Shown: positions 1 through 14,517, numbered from the stretch's first letter. The stretch is DNA of 64,000 nt from Eledone cirrhosa (GCA_964016885.1 OZ024748.1:13578001-13642000); one strand, 5' to 3'. Translations and numbers: made by a program. Notes: a model not told the origin generated them from the sequence alone.

Positions 1-663
1 ACGGCAATAAATTACAATTTATCTTCCGTCTCTTACTCCTCAGGACAGTGTTTCGCTTGTGCCAGTCGCTGTGACCCTGAATGGACCAGCAGACCGTCGG
101 TAGGGGTCGTAACTGCCAAAATCCATCTCAAGGACCGATGATCATGTAGTTTTGTGTCCTTCATCTGTACATTTATTTAAAAAAAGTATTTTTTTAAGAT
201 TTCCCCATAAAAAAATTATATAAAAAAAAATACAAACGATGGACACAGAACTCCCTGGTCATCTGCTGATGAGATGGACTTTGGCAATTTCGTACCCCAC
301 CAACGGTAGTGCTGGTCGACATAACCCCACCCCACATCAACATAGACAAACACAAACACACAAATGTATCATAGAGCCACTACGTGCTATCATTTACCTA
401 TTTACAGTTAGGCTCAACGCTATAATAGGTACTGGGTCATTGTAACTGTCTAAGACACACATTACAGTTTGTTAACCAGTTGGTACTAGTTGGCTTGATT
501 GACACTATTATCAGGAACACGAAACATAGCTCGTAATTCGCAAACATAGTGTGACAATTCTAGCGATTCTACCTTAGTCCTAAGGCATACAAGATCGTCA
601 GTATGATACTAGCGATAATTATCTGAGCTTATATATGTACAAACACATATACAAATACACATG

Positions 664-986
<323 letters not shown>

Positions 987-1314
987 AAAATGAGGGATTT
1001 GGAAAGAGGTAACGGGCAAGATAAGTGAGTAAGACAAAAAAGACAAAACAAAATAAAAAAAAGGAAAGAATTCCATGAGTCAATATAATAACTATTGTGA
1101 AGATAGTGTATATATACAGTTAAATATTCAAACGTGTAAAGCGTTCTATATTGATTTCTTTCAATCAATTAATTGATCAGATAATGTTACACACCTCTGT
1201 CCGCTTCACTTGTGCTAACTGGCTAGTGTCACGTGATTTAGTGCAAAAGTCGACTGAATGAACCGTCGCCATTGTTATAAGAAACATTGATGTACTAGCT
1301 GAATTTGAGTATGC

Positions 1315-1384
<70 letters not shown>

Positions 1385-1385
1385 G

Positions 1386-1693
<308 letters not shown>

Positions 1694-1721
1694 AAATTTG
1701 ACTATAATCTATTATATATAT

Positions 1722-1815
<94 letters not shown>

Positions 1816-1986
1816 AGACAGAGAGAGAGAGAGTGAGGGTCTTCGTTGCTCAGACCGGGGTGACAACTAATCATTCAATGCATGTGAAGATGGCGAGTGT
1901 GTATAGGTATATGTAAAATTCCGACCTTTTTCCGAAATGGCTTGGCACCGCGGTCAGGTTTTACATCTCTCTCTCTATATATATTA

Positions 1987-2031
<45 letters not shown>

Positions 2032-2097
2032 TATGTGTGTGTGTGTGTAAGGTGAAACAATTGTTCTCGGTATGGTGAACTAAACTGTTGTGTAACC

Positions 2098-2130
<33 letters not shown>

Positions 2131-2142
2131 GCTCTCTAGCTC

Positions 2143-2227
<85 letters not shown>

Positions 2228-2266
2228 GAATTCATAAGTATCAAAGCTATGTTCAAAGCATTTATT

Positions 2267-2313
2267 CACTTACAATTGTTTCATCCAAACCTAGGCTTGG
2301 GTTCTTCGGAGCA
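2267..2313 (-). ncRNA. minimal type I hammerhead ribozyme, C4 variant (CCGAAGA)
   Basis: Minus strand: tgct-CCGAAGA-acccaagcc ta ggtttggat-GAAAC-AATT-GTA-agtg; related to the element at 44456-44507. Confidence 0.6.
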
Positions 2314-2507
2314 TTTTTCAATGTTTGTACATATAATTGACCTCCTTTCCGACGCAAGAGACATATAGATACATATATATATATTGATGTACAGTGGAGT
2401 GACATATATTACACTATACTATTTTTGTACAGCAATTCAAATTCAAGATCAAAATCAAAATCAAAATCAAAATCAAAATCAAAATAAAAATTTAAATATA
2501 TATATAT

Positions 2508-2655
2508 AGTAATAATAATAACTGTGAAGACTAAAATCCAAATAGGGCTCGATAAGGATAAATACATATGAAATATATATTTATATCTTCAGAAGATCCT
2601 GTTAAGGGTGAAAGCAGCAATTATTTGCTTAAACTTGAATCTGTTATTTTAATAA
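2508..2655. mobile_element. family B short (TA)n-associated element with inverted segment
   Basis: 2508-2580 is the reverse complement of 5110-5187; 2585-2655 matches 5025-5093. Confidence 0.7.
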
Positions 2656-3158
2656 TATATATATATATATACATAGATGCATGCAGTATATAAACAAGAA
2701 TTGGAAGGCCTTTATTCTAGCTATTGTTACTATTTTCGTTACACCGATTGTCTTGTATTTAATACGAATTATGTAAACAGTGCATAATTTTTCGATTTCT
2801 TATTTACAGAACCGAATCACCTATGTTAACGTGGAAATAGACAAATATGTTTTTGTTTGCCATCAACTTCAATAGGAATTTTAAAGGAATTATTTGCCTT
2901 CTTTTCCTCTTGTAACCATTCACAGAGTCAATGACATATCTGGCAGGTATTGTAGAGATGCAATAGGAACGCAATAAGGATTGGAAAGAAGGCTGCAAAA
3001 ATAAAGTTAAGCCGTTTATAAATAAATAATATAAAGAGGAAACGAAAATGACGTTAAAGTAACATATGATTTATTGTATCATATTACGCATCACATGTGT
3101 TCTTATGTAATACATTAACAGGTGGGCGGATATCTATTTATCTATCTCTTTCTCTCTA

Positions 3159-3209
<51 letters not shown>

Positions 3210-3522
3210 ATATATCATACACCTACGGTAGTAGGTGTATAATATTCTTAAGGTCCCATTTCGGTCACTCGCGACACCTTCAAAGCTTTGTCACTAATTC
3301 AAGTTTTGATAGAATTGGATGCGGTCTATTGCACTTTATAGGACCACAGATAAGCTACTCTTTGACATAAAAATATTGAAATTTGGTTCAGTAGAAAAAA
3401 AAGTTACATAAAAATAAGTGAGGACCAAAAGAGTGTAAGGAACTACATACATAAGTAACGCTTAGTTTGTTTCTAATTTCTAATACATTAAAATAGTGAT
3501 AGATTGTGCAATAGCGAATTGT

Positions 3523-3595
3523 GGTCAGGTAGCTCAGTCGGTAGAGCAGCGGACCGGCAATCCGAAGGTCGTGGGTTCGATTCCCACCCTGATTA
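3523..3595 (+). tRNA. tRNA-like cloverleaf (73 nt, apparent anticodon GGC); probably a pseudo-tRNA or SINE head
   Basis: Acceptor ggtcagg/cctgatt, D arm gctc/gagc, anticodon stem gcgga/tccga with loop ccggcaa, T arm gtggg-ttcgatt-cccac, followed by cTTTT. Has C33 and no G3:U70. Confidence 0.7.
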
Positions 3596-3710
3596 CTTTT
3601 CATATCTGCACTTCTTCCTATTCATTATTATTATTTAACTTATTTGTTGACAAATATTTTTATTAATATTAATATAATATCCTTGCATTGCCTGGAAAAA
3701 AAGTGGATTA

Positions 3711-4903
3711 CAGGGAAAAATGCGGGCGCATGTAAAGAAATATTCTTCAATTAATAAACCTAGAAAAGTAAAGGACAAGTTATTACACCTGGAAAAGTAA
3801 AGGACAAGAAAACTTCTTAAAATATTGCAGCTAAAGTCTAAATTTAAAAAAAAAAATTTAGATTATAAAACTAAAAATAAATAATTATAAGTTAATTGTT
3901 AAAAAAATATCACTTTAAAGGACTGGAAAAATGACTGTCTTATAGGGAGAGTTGACTACTGTATACTTAATTTTTTTCTTGGTGTATACAAATTAATCTT
4001 TTTAAAATAAAATTTGTACAATAATTTGTACAATAATTAATTAATAATAATAATAATAATTAATATGTACAATTTATTAATTTATGTTATAAGATATTTA
4101 AAAATGTTCACTCTTAATCAAATTATACTTTTAAAAATTTAGTTATAAAATAATGCAGTAAAATAAATCAAAAACAGTCCATCATATAATTGCACTTTTT
4201 ATGAGTATTACAGATTTTTTTTATAATATAGTAAAATTCAACATCTCAAGGGGCAAAATTAGGTAAAAGTCAATTCATCAATTATTCATTTATAGTGAAT
4301 CAATCAATTATAGCGAATTCATCAATTCATTAGAATTCAACAGAATTAGACAATGTTTAATTTTTAATTGTAGTCTAATTTTACTCTACCTAAAAATGTA
4401 GATTGGTTATTTTGATCTCTGACAGGTCTTACATTTTATTATTAAACAATTATAATTTGTTATTATTTATCTTTACAGTTGGCTCCCTAATTAATTATTA
4501 ATTAATTGTTAGTGTCATTTACACGCCAACATTTTGTTTTATTTGATGTTTATAATTGTCACTCATTTTTTCAGTCCCATTTAGTAAAGTAAAATAAAGT
4601 ATATTTATTTAATGACCCAAACATATGGTGTAAATTAGGATCACAAAATTAAATAAATGATCATAAATTAGTATTATTATCAATTAGAGAGTCAACTGTA
4701 TTATTAGAATTTATCACTTTCTATATATATTTAAATCAAATATCTTTTATTATTCAAATTTATATTATAGCTACAATATTTTAAGAAGTTTTAAGAAGAA
4801 GTTTTCTTCTCCTTTACTTTTCCAGGTGTAATAACTTGTCCTTTACTTTTCTAGGTTTATTAATTTAAGAATATTTCTTTACATGCGCCCGCATTTTTCC
4901 CTG
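3711..4903. mobile_element. non-autonomous Tc1/mariner-type DNA transposon with ~120 bp TIRs
   Basis: TA-CAGGGAAAAATGCGGGCGCATGTAAAGAAATATTCTT...AAGAATATTTCTTTACATGCGCCCGCATTTTTCCCTG-TA; AT-rich non-coding interior. Confidence 0.88.
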
Positions 4904-4923
4904 TAATATATATATATATGTGT

Positions 4924-4976
<53 letters not shown>

Positions 4977-4988
4977 AATAAACATTTT

Positions 4989-5024
<36 letters not shown>

Positions 5025-5027
<3 letters not shown>

Positions 5028-5184
5028 TCAGAAGATCCCGTTAAGGGTGAAAGCAGCGATTCTTTGCTTAAACTTTAATCTGTTATTTTAATAAATATTT
5101 GCTCTACGGTTCTTATATATTTGATATATATTTATCCTTATCGAGCCCTCTTTGGATTTTAGTCTTCAAATTTATTATTATTAC

Positions 5185-5187
<3 letters not shown>
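5025..5187 (+). mobile_element. family B element with degenerate hammerhead (CAGAAGA core)
   Basis: CAGAAGA-t-ccc gttaa ggg-t-GAAAgca...tgcTT between TA tracts; other copies at 2508-2655 and 30948-31060. Confidence 0.6.
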
Positions 5188-5269
<82 letters not shown>

Positions 5270-5414
5270 ACATATATATATGTATATATATATATATATA
5301 AATATATATATACATGTATATATATACATGTATACATATATATATGTATATATATATACAGAGAGATAGAGGGGGGGAGAGAGATATATACCGAGAGAGA
5401 GAGTTAGATAGACG

Positions 5415-5465
<51 letters not shown>

Positions 5466-5691
5466 TTGTGTACAATGTCACGTAGTGTGGTTGAGCAGTA
5501 ATAACAGTAAATAAAATAGGCAATAACTAAGGATTTCATGTGTTTTCAAAAATCTGTCAATTGGCTTTTTCTCCTAAAAGGGAATTGGGGATGATTTTAC
5601 TGTCCTTTCTAGCACTGTGAATATCTGACAGTTCTCTTGCTGGTTTATACATTCATATAATTTTTCTCTAAGTATGTGCCTAGACATTATA

Positions 5692-6341
5692 CGAGGTGGG
5701 TCAGAAAAGTTCCAGGACTGATGTCACAAAAGATTTATTTCAAACCCAAACTACACACTAAGAATTTTCTTCTTCAAAGTAATCCCCCTGGAGTCTAATG
5801 CACTTTTCCATTCTTTTCTGCCACGCTTGCATGCACTCCTGGAAGGAATCTTCAGTGAGAATCTTCCAGACGCTGTCGCGATTCATGCCCAGCTCATTTA
5901 CCATCAGTCGAACAGTCAGCCGACGATCGCTACGCACCATCTGCCTGACGCGTTCAACGTTGACCTCAGTCCTGGTTGTTGAGGGCCTTCCGCTCCTGGG
6001 GTCATCTTCCACGTGCTCGCGTCCTTCTTTAAACCTCTTGCACCACTCAAAAACACGTGAGCGTGACATCGTCTCATCTCCGTACACTTGCTGCGGCAAT
6101 CCCAGTGCTTCTGACGGAGATTTCAAGTTTGTTCGTTGCTCTGTGCTCATTGCTTGACGACCTGAAACAGAGGACATGTATATAAAATTATGAAGAAAAA
6201 AGTTTGATCGCTGCAGAGGGCTAAGATTACAGTTACATACTCCAGGGGGATTACTTTGAAGGAGAAAACTCTTAGTGTGAAGTTTGGGTTTGAAATAAAT
6301 CTTTTGTGACACCAGTCCTGGAACTTTTCTGACACACCTCG
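5692..6341 (-). mobile_element. internally deleted mariner transposon
   Basis: TA flanks and ~100 bp inverted ends starting CGAGGTG(G/T)GTCAGAAAAGTTCCAGGACT. Minus-strand peptide has the mariner HTH region (VYGDETMSRSRVFEWCKRFKEGREHVEDDPRSGRPST) fused to the C-terminus (WQKRMEKCIRLQGDYFE); the DD34D domain is absent. Confidence 0.93.
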
Positions 6342-6411
6342 TATATATATATATGGGGGAAAGGGTGTATGGATACACGAATACACACAGATCGTTTGCT
6401 ATCGTATATAT

Positions 6412-6525
<114 letters not shown>

Positions 6526-6529
6526 ACAT

Positions 6530-6560
<31 letters not shown>

Positions 6561-6566
6561 GAGAGA

Positions 6567-6785
6567 GGTGGTTACACAACAGTTAGTTCACGATACCGAG
6601 ATCAATTGTTTCACCTTAGCGGATCCTCAGCTCGTAATGGACCCATTACGAGGTGAGGATCTGCTAAGGTGAAACAATTGTTCGCGGTATGGTGAACTAA
6701 CTGTTGTGTAACTACTTCTACCTAACTCGTCCCATGGACTGAGTGCTCTACCACTACGGATATTACCTTCCAGTGTTCTACCACT
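6567..6785. mobile_element. family C fold-back element with a minimal hammerhead in each arm
   Basis: Palindrome 6567-6717 plus tail. Arm consensus cgag-CTGAGGA-t-cc gctaa gg-t-GAAAC-AATT-GTT-ctcg (6597-6634 minus, 6649-6686 plus); fragment at 2050-2100. Confidence 0.75.
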
Positions 6786-6802
6786 ATATATATATATATA
6801 TA

Positions 6803-6954
6803 ACGATAAAGTGTGATAATAAACCAGGTGGACCATAACGAGCTAGAATACTCGTTACTTAGGGTAATAGAGTGGGTAATAGGAAAAGTGTCAGGACCCC
6901 GATGGCTGAGCTCCGGAAGGGCCGGAGCTCAGCCGTCGGGGTCCTGACTCTTTT

Positions 6955-6958
<4 letters not shown>
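6803..6958. mobile_element. family M hairpin element with tail
   Basis: Hairpin 6879-6958 (aggaaaag...gagctccgg aagggg-like loop ccggagctc...cttttcct); homologous to 56186-56596 and 51333-51383. Confidence 0.75.
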
Positions 6959-6999
<41 letters not shown>

Positions 7000-7002
<3 letters not shown>

Positions 7003-7102
7003 GAGAAGAAAGAATACTGCGTGGTTGCACATGGGTTACATATGATAAAAATAGTCCTTCGTCAATGATTTTCCAACCTTCATTGGTATTTCAACGCTTT
7101 AA
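7000..7102. repeat. dispersed TA-flanked repeat, second copy at 27015-27116
   Basis: Shared ctgcgtggttgcacatgggtta...ttccaaccttcattggtatttca. Confidence 0.8.
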
Positions 7103-7421
7103 AAATCATATACCTCCGGGTTGGTGCGAGCAATACCTAAATAAAGCTATTGGGACAAGTATATATATATATATGAGTGTCTATATATGGGGGTGCGTAG
7201 GCGTTTGGGTGGGCTGTGTCAGTGCATGTGGGATTATATGTTTGTGTACGATGAAAGCGATCAATATATATATTTATATATATATAAGTGTAAATGAAAT
7301 CACTAGCATACACTGTACACACTCTAGTGGTGGATCAGTGAAATCGGATTTATGTACATGTGTGATAACTGGGATTATTAGGGGATTTGTTTTTCTAAAC
7401 ACCCACACATAGACAAGCACG

Positions 7422-7514
<93 letters not shown>

Positions 7515-8485
7515 ATAAATTAACGGAGGCATAGGCCGTCGTTATTCCCTGTAAATAAAGTGCCTGTATATATATCTGTCTGTGTGTGTGTATATGTGTA
7601 TGCGTGTGTGTGTATGTGCGTGTATAAATGTGTTTATATCAAGCCCTCAACAAACATGAATGTATGTACACACACACACACAGATACAGGTAAATATATA
7701 TATGTATATATATATATATATATGTATATGCGTGTTTGTGTATGTGTATGTGTGCGTGTGTGTATGTATGTGTGTGTGTGTGTGTGTGTATGTGTGTGTA
7801 TATATATATATATATATATCAAGCCCCCTACACACATGAATGTATGTGTATACGTATGTTTATGCATCTATATATACATATGCCACATACATACATATAT
7901 ACATGTTCACACATATATAAAGACATATATATTTATATATATATATATTTATGTAGGTGTGTGCGTATGTCTGTGTGTGTGCGTGCGTGTGTGTGTTTGT
8001 GTGTCTGTATTTCTGTGTATGTGTGTGTGTGTGTATCTCTGTGAATATATGTGTGACTCTGAGTATGTGTTTGTATATCTGTGTGGATGTTGCGCGTGTG
8101 TGTCTACGTGTGTGTCTGTGAACGTGGGTGTGAGTGTGTATGTTTATTTGTAAGTGTGTGCGCGCGTGTGTGTATATAGGTATTTGTTGTGTGTATGTGT
8201 GTGCACGTCTGTGTGTGTGTACGTTTTTGTGAGACTGTGTTTGTGTGTGTGCGTGTGCGCTCGTGTGCATGTGCGTGTGTGCGTGTGTACGTGTGTGCAT
8301 GTGTGTGTGTGCATGTGTGTGTGTGTGTGTGTTTGTGTGCATGTGTGTGTGTGTGTGCATGTCTGTGTGTGTGTGTGCATGTGTGTGTTTGTGTGTGCGT
8401 GTGTGCGTGTGTGTGCGTGTGTGTGCGTGTGTGTGTGCGTGTGTGCGTGTGCATGTGTGTGTGTGTGTGTATGTGTGTGTGTGTG

Positions 8486-8544
<59 letters not shown>

Positions 8545-9054
8545 ATTTTTATTGCTTAACATCTTTCTCTTCTTCTAGCCTGCTCCTTCTAGAAAACAGA
8601 ATAAAAAAGCAACTACAGATTTTTCCATGAGTGACTTAACAGACATGTCTTTTTTTTTTTATCAATGTATTGTTATTATACATATTTTTTTATGTTCTTG
8701 TTTCTCAGGTAGATTAGTGTCTGACCATGTTAGAATTAAGTCAAACTTGTATTGATTTCATCAGAAGAAACACTAAAGCCTTAACTGTCTGTCTTATCTT
8801 ACAAGCATTACTGGGCTAACGAATCACAAAGAAGCGTGAAACGATGAAATAATTCTCTTTCACTCACAAATCTTATATATATATTGTTCACTAATGTTTT
8901 TTATTCATATCTCTTCTGTGTCTTGCTTGTCCTACCTCTCTCTCTCTTTCTTTCTTTCTCTCTCGTTATTTTTTTCTTTCTCTGTCTCTTTCTCACTGTC
9001 TGGAAGCTGTCTCTGTGTATGTATGCTTGTGTTTGGGAACACACGTGTTAATAT

Positions 9055-9120
<66 letters not shown>

Positions 9121-9122
<2 letters not shown>

Positions 9123-9278
9123 GTTATTCCGGGTTGAGTCGGAGGTAACCATAGTAAGTAAGGTACTCAATACATTGCAGAGTATAAAAGTTTTAATATA
9201 GATGAGATTCTACAGGACTAGAGATTCCTGATGATTTCTAAAGAATGAAACAGTTCTAGTCCTGTAGAATCTCATCTG
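9121..9278. mobile_element. family A 5'-inverted hammerhead element
   Basis: Tail shared with 15583-15779, 24617-24831, 43497-43628 and 51530-51710; flanked by TA tracts. Confidence 0.85.
9221..9273 (+). ncRNA. type I hammerhead ribozyme (family A)
   Basis: gagattc-CTGATGA-t-ttc taaa gaa-t-GAAA-cag ttctagtc ctg-TA-gaatctc; 7 bp stem I, GUA site. Confidence 0.85.
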
Positions 9279-9362
9279 TCTCTCTCTCTATATATATATA
9301 TATATAAATCCAGGGAGTATATATATATATATGTATGCGTACGAGTGTCTGCATGTTTATAG

Positions 9363-9412
<50 letters not shown>

Positions 9413-9489
9413 TTTCTGAATTTGTTTAGCAAGAGTCTTTATCTGAAAACGTGTGTTGTTCTATGTGTGTGTGTGTTTTCAATTTGTCC

Positions 9490-9597
9490 TTAATTGTAAG
9501 TTGTGATGTTGCTATTCCATTCATGTTTTCTATTTAATTTTGGTTGGAGTTCAGTTATGTTTATTGCCTCTGTGATTTGTCTAAACATTGTGTCTTT
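9490..9597 (-). pseudogene. Penelope-like GIY-YIG endonuclease C-terminal remnant
   Basis: KDTMFRQITEAINITELQPKLNRKHEWNSN fits the R.I.EA..I....P.LN motif ending GIY-YIG domains (recalled, not searched). Confidence 0.6.
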
Positions 9598-9779
9598 ACA
9601 CACACACATAAAACAAACAACCAACCAGTAACATGTAAATAAACAAATAAATAAACAAACAAATATAAACACACACAGACAACCGGATGTAACACATGCG
9701 CAAACTAAGCACACAAGAAAAACAAGATAGCGTATGACAGAACAAAGGAGAGGCACAAAAGCAAATAAAAGAATCCCCA

Positions 9780-9822
9780 GTCACTCAAGAGGTCACAGAA
9801 TGTGTGACGAAAGAACTTTGAC
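9780..9822 (+). ncRNA. degenerate minimal hammerhead
   Basis: gtca-CTCAAGA-g-gtcaca gaatg tgtgac-GAAA-gaac-TT-tgac; the G5C change is expected to inactivate it. Confidence 0.5.
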
Positions 9823-10136
9823 AATATATGAACAATCGTTTGGTTGTGGAACCAACCAACTAACCAACCGGAAATTTAAAAATTCCTAAATTTATGAAAT
9901 TAATTAGAATTGGAGCTCTGAAATAGCAATATATATATATGCTTTTAATTAAGCATAAAGTGTATTGCAAAATACATTATATATACATCCATATATATAT
10001 TGCTATTTCAGAGCTCCAATTCTAATTTTTAATTTCTGCCTGACCAACAACCGCTCTGCATAATCAGCTCCTGATTATTTACTAGATTTCTATAAGAATA
10101 TAACATCAATGATCTCAGTAGACAGGTGGTGTAGTT

Positions 10137-10180
10137 GGCCTTGATAAGCTTCAACCAAAGCGAAACAAGTCTTGTCGGCT
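10137..10180 (+). ncRNA. type I hammerhead ribozyme, U3-A8 core variant
   Basis: ggcc-TTGATAA-gctt caacca aagc-GAAA-caa gtc ttg-TC-ggct; GUC site; tail runs to (TA)n at ~10290. Confidence 0.75.
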
Positions 10181-10284
10181 TATCTCCCCTGTTTGCTGAG
10201 ATCAAAGTGAGTGAATTTGTCACTACTTTAAAACAATACCTTACGGTCTTCAAAATGCTTTTAATTAAGTGTATTGCAAAATAC

Positions 10285-10357
<73 letters not shown>

Positions 10358-10366
10358 GGCGGGGGT

Positions 10367-10584
10367 GAAGGCGCGTGGCTGAATGGTTAGAGAACTGAAT
10401 TCAAAATCGTGAGGTTGTGAGTTCGATTCCTTGACCGGGTGATGCGTTATGTCCTTGAGCAAGACACTTTATTTCACGTTGCTCCTTCTACCCGGAGTTA
10501 CGACCGATAGAGTGTATTAGCAATTGGAAAGACCAACGGAAACATTGTTTTCTCGGTCCGATTTGACAAAAATCGATCGACTGT
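10367..10584 (+). mobile_element. tRNA-derived SINE family 1
   Basis: A box tggctgaatgg, B box gttcgattcc, body gtccttgagcaagacactttatttcacgttgctcc; several copies in the window. Confidence 0.88.
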
Positions 10585-10592
10585 TTCTCTCT

Positions 10593-10654
<62 letters not shown>

Positions 10655-11173
10655 TGGGAGAGAGACTGAGGGAGAGAGAGAAAGAGAGGGAGAGAGTGAG
10701 TGAGAGAGAGAGACCTATATATATATATAGAGAGAGATGTATATATATATATATATAGATATATATAACAATTGGATGGATCGTGTGAATTCCCACGTCA
10801 CACTTTACTTCATAGAACCAGATCTCGATATTAATAAGTACTCGTTCATCTCTTTTGGAGTGGCGACTCTTGTGATTCTATTTCATCCAAGTGTGTTGAT
10901 AGACACAGCTGAAGATTTCATTTCTGTATTGCTACTTAACGGAAAAATCTTTTTCAAATATTTCCCAACGGTTGCTGTAGTCATTTCACCTCCCTATGTG
11001 TCCTATTTATTAGTACTTTTATAAAACCAATCAAGAATAACGGTCTTGAAATTGTAACAACAATGGCGTGCAATGATATTGTTTTGGGTTCCAACATTTA
11101 GTTTCCTTTTGTAACTCGGTCAGCTATAAGTCTGAATAGATGGAAATGATAAATAAATAAAATTAGAATATAA

Positions 11174-11208
<35 letters not shown>

Positions 11209-11639
11209 ATAGATACCAAAAACAAAACAGAATACAATGAGAGGGCGATAGAAAACAAAATGATTTGTCTATATTCCATTTAGCAAGTATCTACACGTTG
11301 CGTTTCAATGAAGTTTATCTTAAGTACACTTTTCCTGACCCTTCATGATATCTATAGAAATATATTCAAGAAAACCAATTTTCTTCACCGAGAAGCAAAT
11401 TGGTTTTGGGAAGCAAGGAAAAGATAACAAAAAAACAAAAACAAAAGAAAAACAAAACAATGAACGGTAAATAGATAAAAGATATCGACTGTTTAACATC
11501 TCCAGATGATATCTTCAATATCTAGGACACGAAGTTATAGTTGGAGCGCCTCCGTCGCTTTCTAAGACTAGTGTTCAAATGAAAATAACGAACACTCTTA
11601 TAGTACTTCACGGAAATTCAGATTGGTAGAAAGTGTGTG

Positions 11640-11990
11640 ATAAAGATGGCTTTGAATCTCAGATATTCTGTGTTTGAATTTCAATATTTTCTTCCAACTG
11701 ACTGATCATTTTTTTCGAATAAATGAAGGGATTGTTCCTGAAAATAATGTATATCCTTAATGTTGTTCTCAGGAAGAGTCAGCATCGTATAGGGTGGCAT
11801 TGTATTTCAGATATTTAGTATTTTAATTTTAATATTTTCTTCCACCTGAGTGTTCATTCTTTTTCGAACAACTGAAGGACGTGCTCCTGAAAATAATGTT
11901 TTTCTCAGGAAGATTCAGTGTGGTACAGTGTGAGACAGAGTTGTATAATTGTGGCTTTGTATTTCAGATATTCAGAATCTTAATTCTAAT
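11640..11990 (+). repeat. degenerate tandem duplication (~150 bp unit, ~2.3 copies)
   Basis: tggc(t/a)ttg.at.tcagatatt at ~11647, ~11795 and ~11952; cctgaaaataatgt occurs twice. Confidence 0.7.
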
Positions 11991-12154
11991 TTTTTTTTTC
12001 ATCTTAGTGGACTGGAGTAACGTGAAATGAAGCGTTTTACTAAAGGACATAACTACCGGGAATTGAACTCGTAAGAATATGATCAATACGCCAAGCACTT
12101 TAATCATTATGACATGCGCCATGATGAGGGGAGAAAGTATAATGGTTTCAGAAA

Positions 12155-12357
12155 GTAGAATGATTTTAGAACAAGGCCAGCAATATTTTGGGGAGGGAAA
12201 TGCAATTAAATCGACTACAGTTCGTTACTGGCACTTTTTTTTATCCAACCCGTAATGATGAAAGACAAAGCTAACTTCGGCGTGATTTGATCTCAGAACG
12301 TAAAGGGCTGTAACACTATGTACTACACAGCAGGTTGTCCAGCGCCCTACCGATATT
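12155..12357 (-). mobile_element. SINE family 2, diverged copy
   Basis: Matches the reverse complement of 59205-59394; preceded by a family 1-like fragment at ~12014-12120. Confidence 0.65.
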
Positions 12358-12890
12358 GAGGGTAGGAAGTTTAATGAGAGAAAATATAATATCACATAAA
12401 TACGGAAAATAGAAACTTTAAGATAAAAGGGTGCATGAGATTGCGAGCTAGAAAGGAAAACATAATTATTATTAGACAGTAATGCACTGGGTTATTGCTG
12501 GCCTTGTTCCTAAAGTAGAAACAATTATTAGAGTGGGTAATTGGTTCAAATGTTTGCCAAATGTTGGTCTCTGTTAAGAACATTCTAAGTATCACATAGT
12601 CGCGCTAAACTGCGAGAAAAATTAAATATATCCTGCTACATCTCAAACCTATTCTAATAGAATAATAAGCAGCTCAGACCAACCTTCACAATTTTTCTAG
12701 GTTTTACTATAATCTAATGTTTCATTTATAAGCACCCACCCTCAGAACTAGAATAATATCGAGGTATAATATTATCTACCTATCTATATATCTATCTGTC
12801 TGCCTGGCTATATATGTGCATATCTATCATTTATCTACTTTCCTTCTTTCAATCGTTCTTTACCTTCCTCCAGCTCTCTCTCTCTCTCTC

Positions 12891-13823
<933 letters not shown>

Positions 13824-13886
13824 TGGAGGAAGGGAAAAACGATAGAAAGCAGATAAAATGGTAAATAAACACATATATAACCAGGC

Positions 13887-13944
<58 letters not shown>

Positions 13945-14462
13945 CATTATACCTTCATAGTATTCTAGTTTAGCGGATATTTTACACTCTACACATAAAT
14001 AAGATATCAAATATATTATTAGATTAAACGCTTCGAGGAGTGTTGTTACGTTCGAAAGAGCATAGCGTATAACGCATAATTTGTTTAACATAATGTAAGG
14101 TAACGTAAAGTCGTATGGTTCGCGTATGAAATATCGAACGATATATTTATCACGTCAGATGTGTTTCTCTTGTTCTCATAAATGTCTTCTTGCAGACACA
14201 ACAGGGACGATATCTCCCCGAAGAAAATAATCTAGAGAATTCTTCTTTCGCAAACCAAATTTGACAGAAATGATCAAGCCAAGACGAGAAGAGACAAGCT
14301 TTATAAATAAAGCAATGCCTTACAGTTATTTTTTTAATATTATTATTTCATTTTTTTAATTATTTTTTATTTTTTTTGTATGAATCTGAAAATATATTTT
14401 TCATCCCAGTATGGGGAGTATTTCGTTGCAAAAAGTAAAAAAACAACAACAACAACCAAAAT

Positions 14463-14466
<4 letters not shown>

Positions 14467-14517
<51 letters not shown>

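Noticed and set aside
40-320. Diverged inverted pair (83-133 vs 262-317) with CTGATGA and GAAACACTGTC pieces
   Set aside because: Could not assemble consistent stems I and II, so it is not called a hammerhead.
2804-2998. Minus-strand acceptor-like ttttttgcag followed by a short open frame; another frame reads FKIPIEVDGKQKH
   Set aside because: Frames are interrupted by stops and the similarity to known proteins is too short to support.
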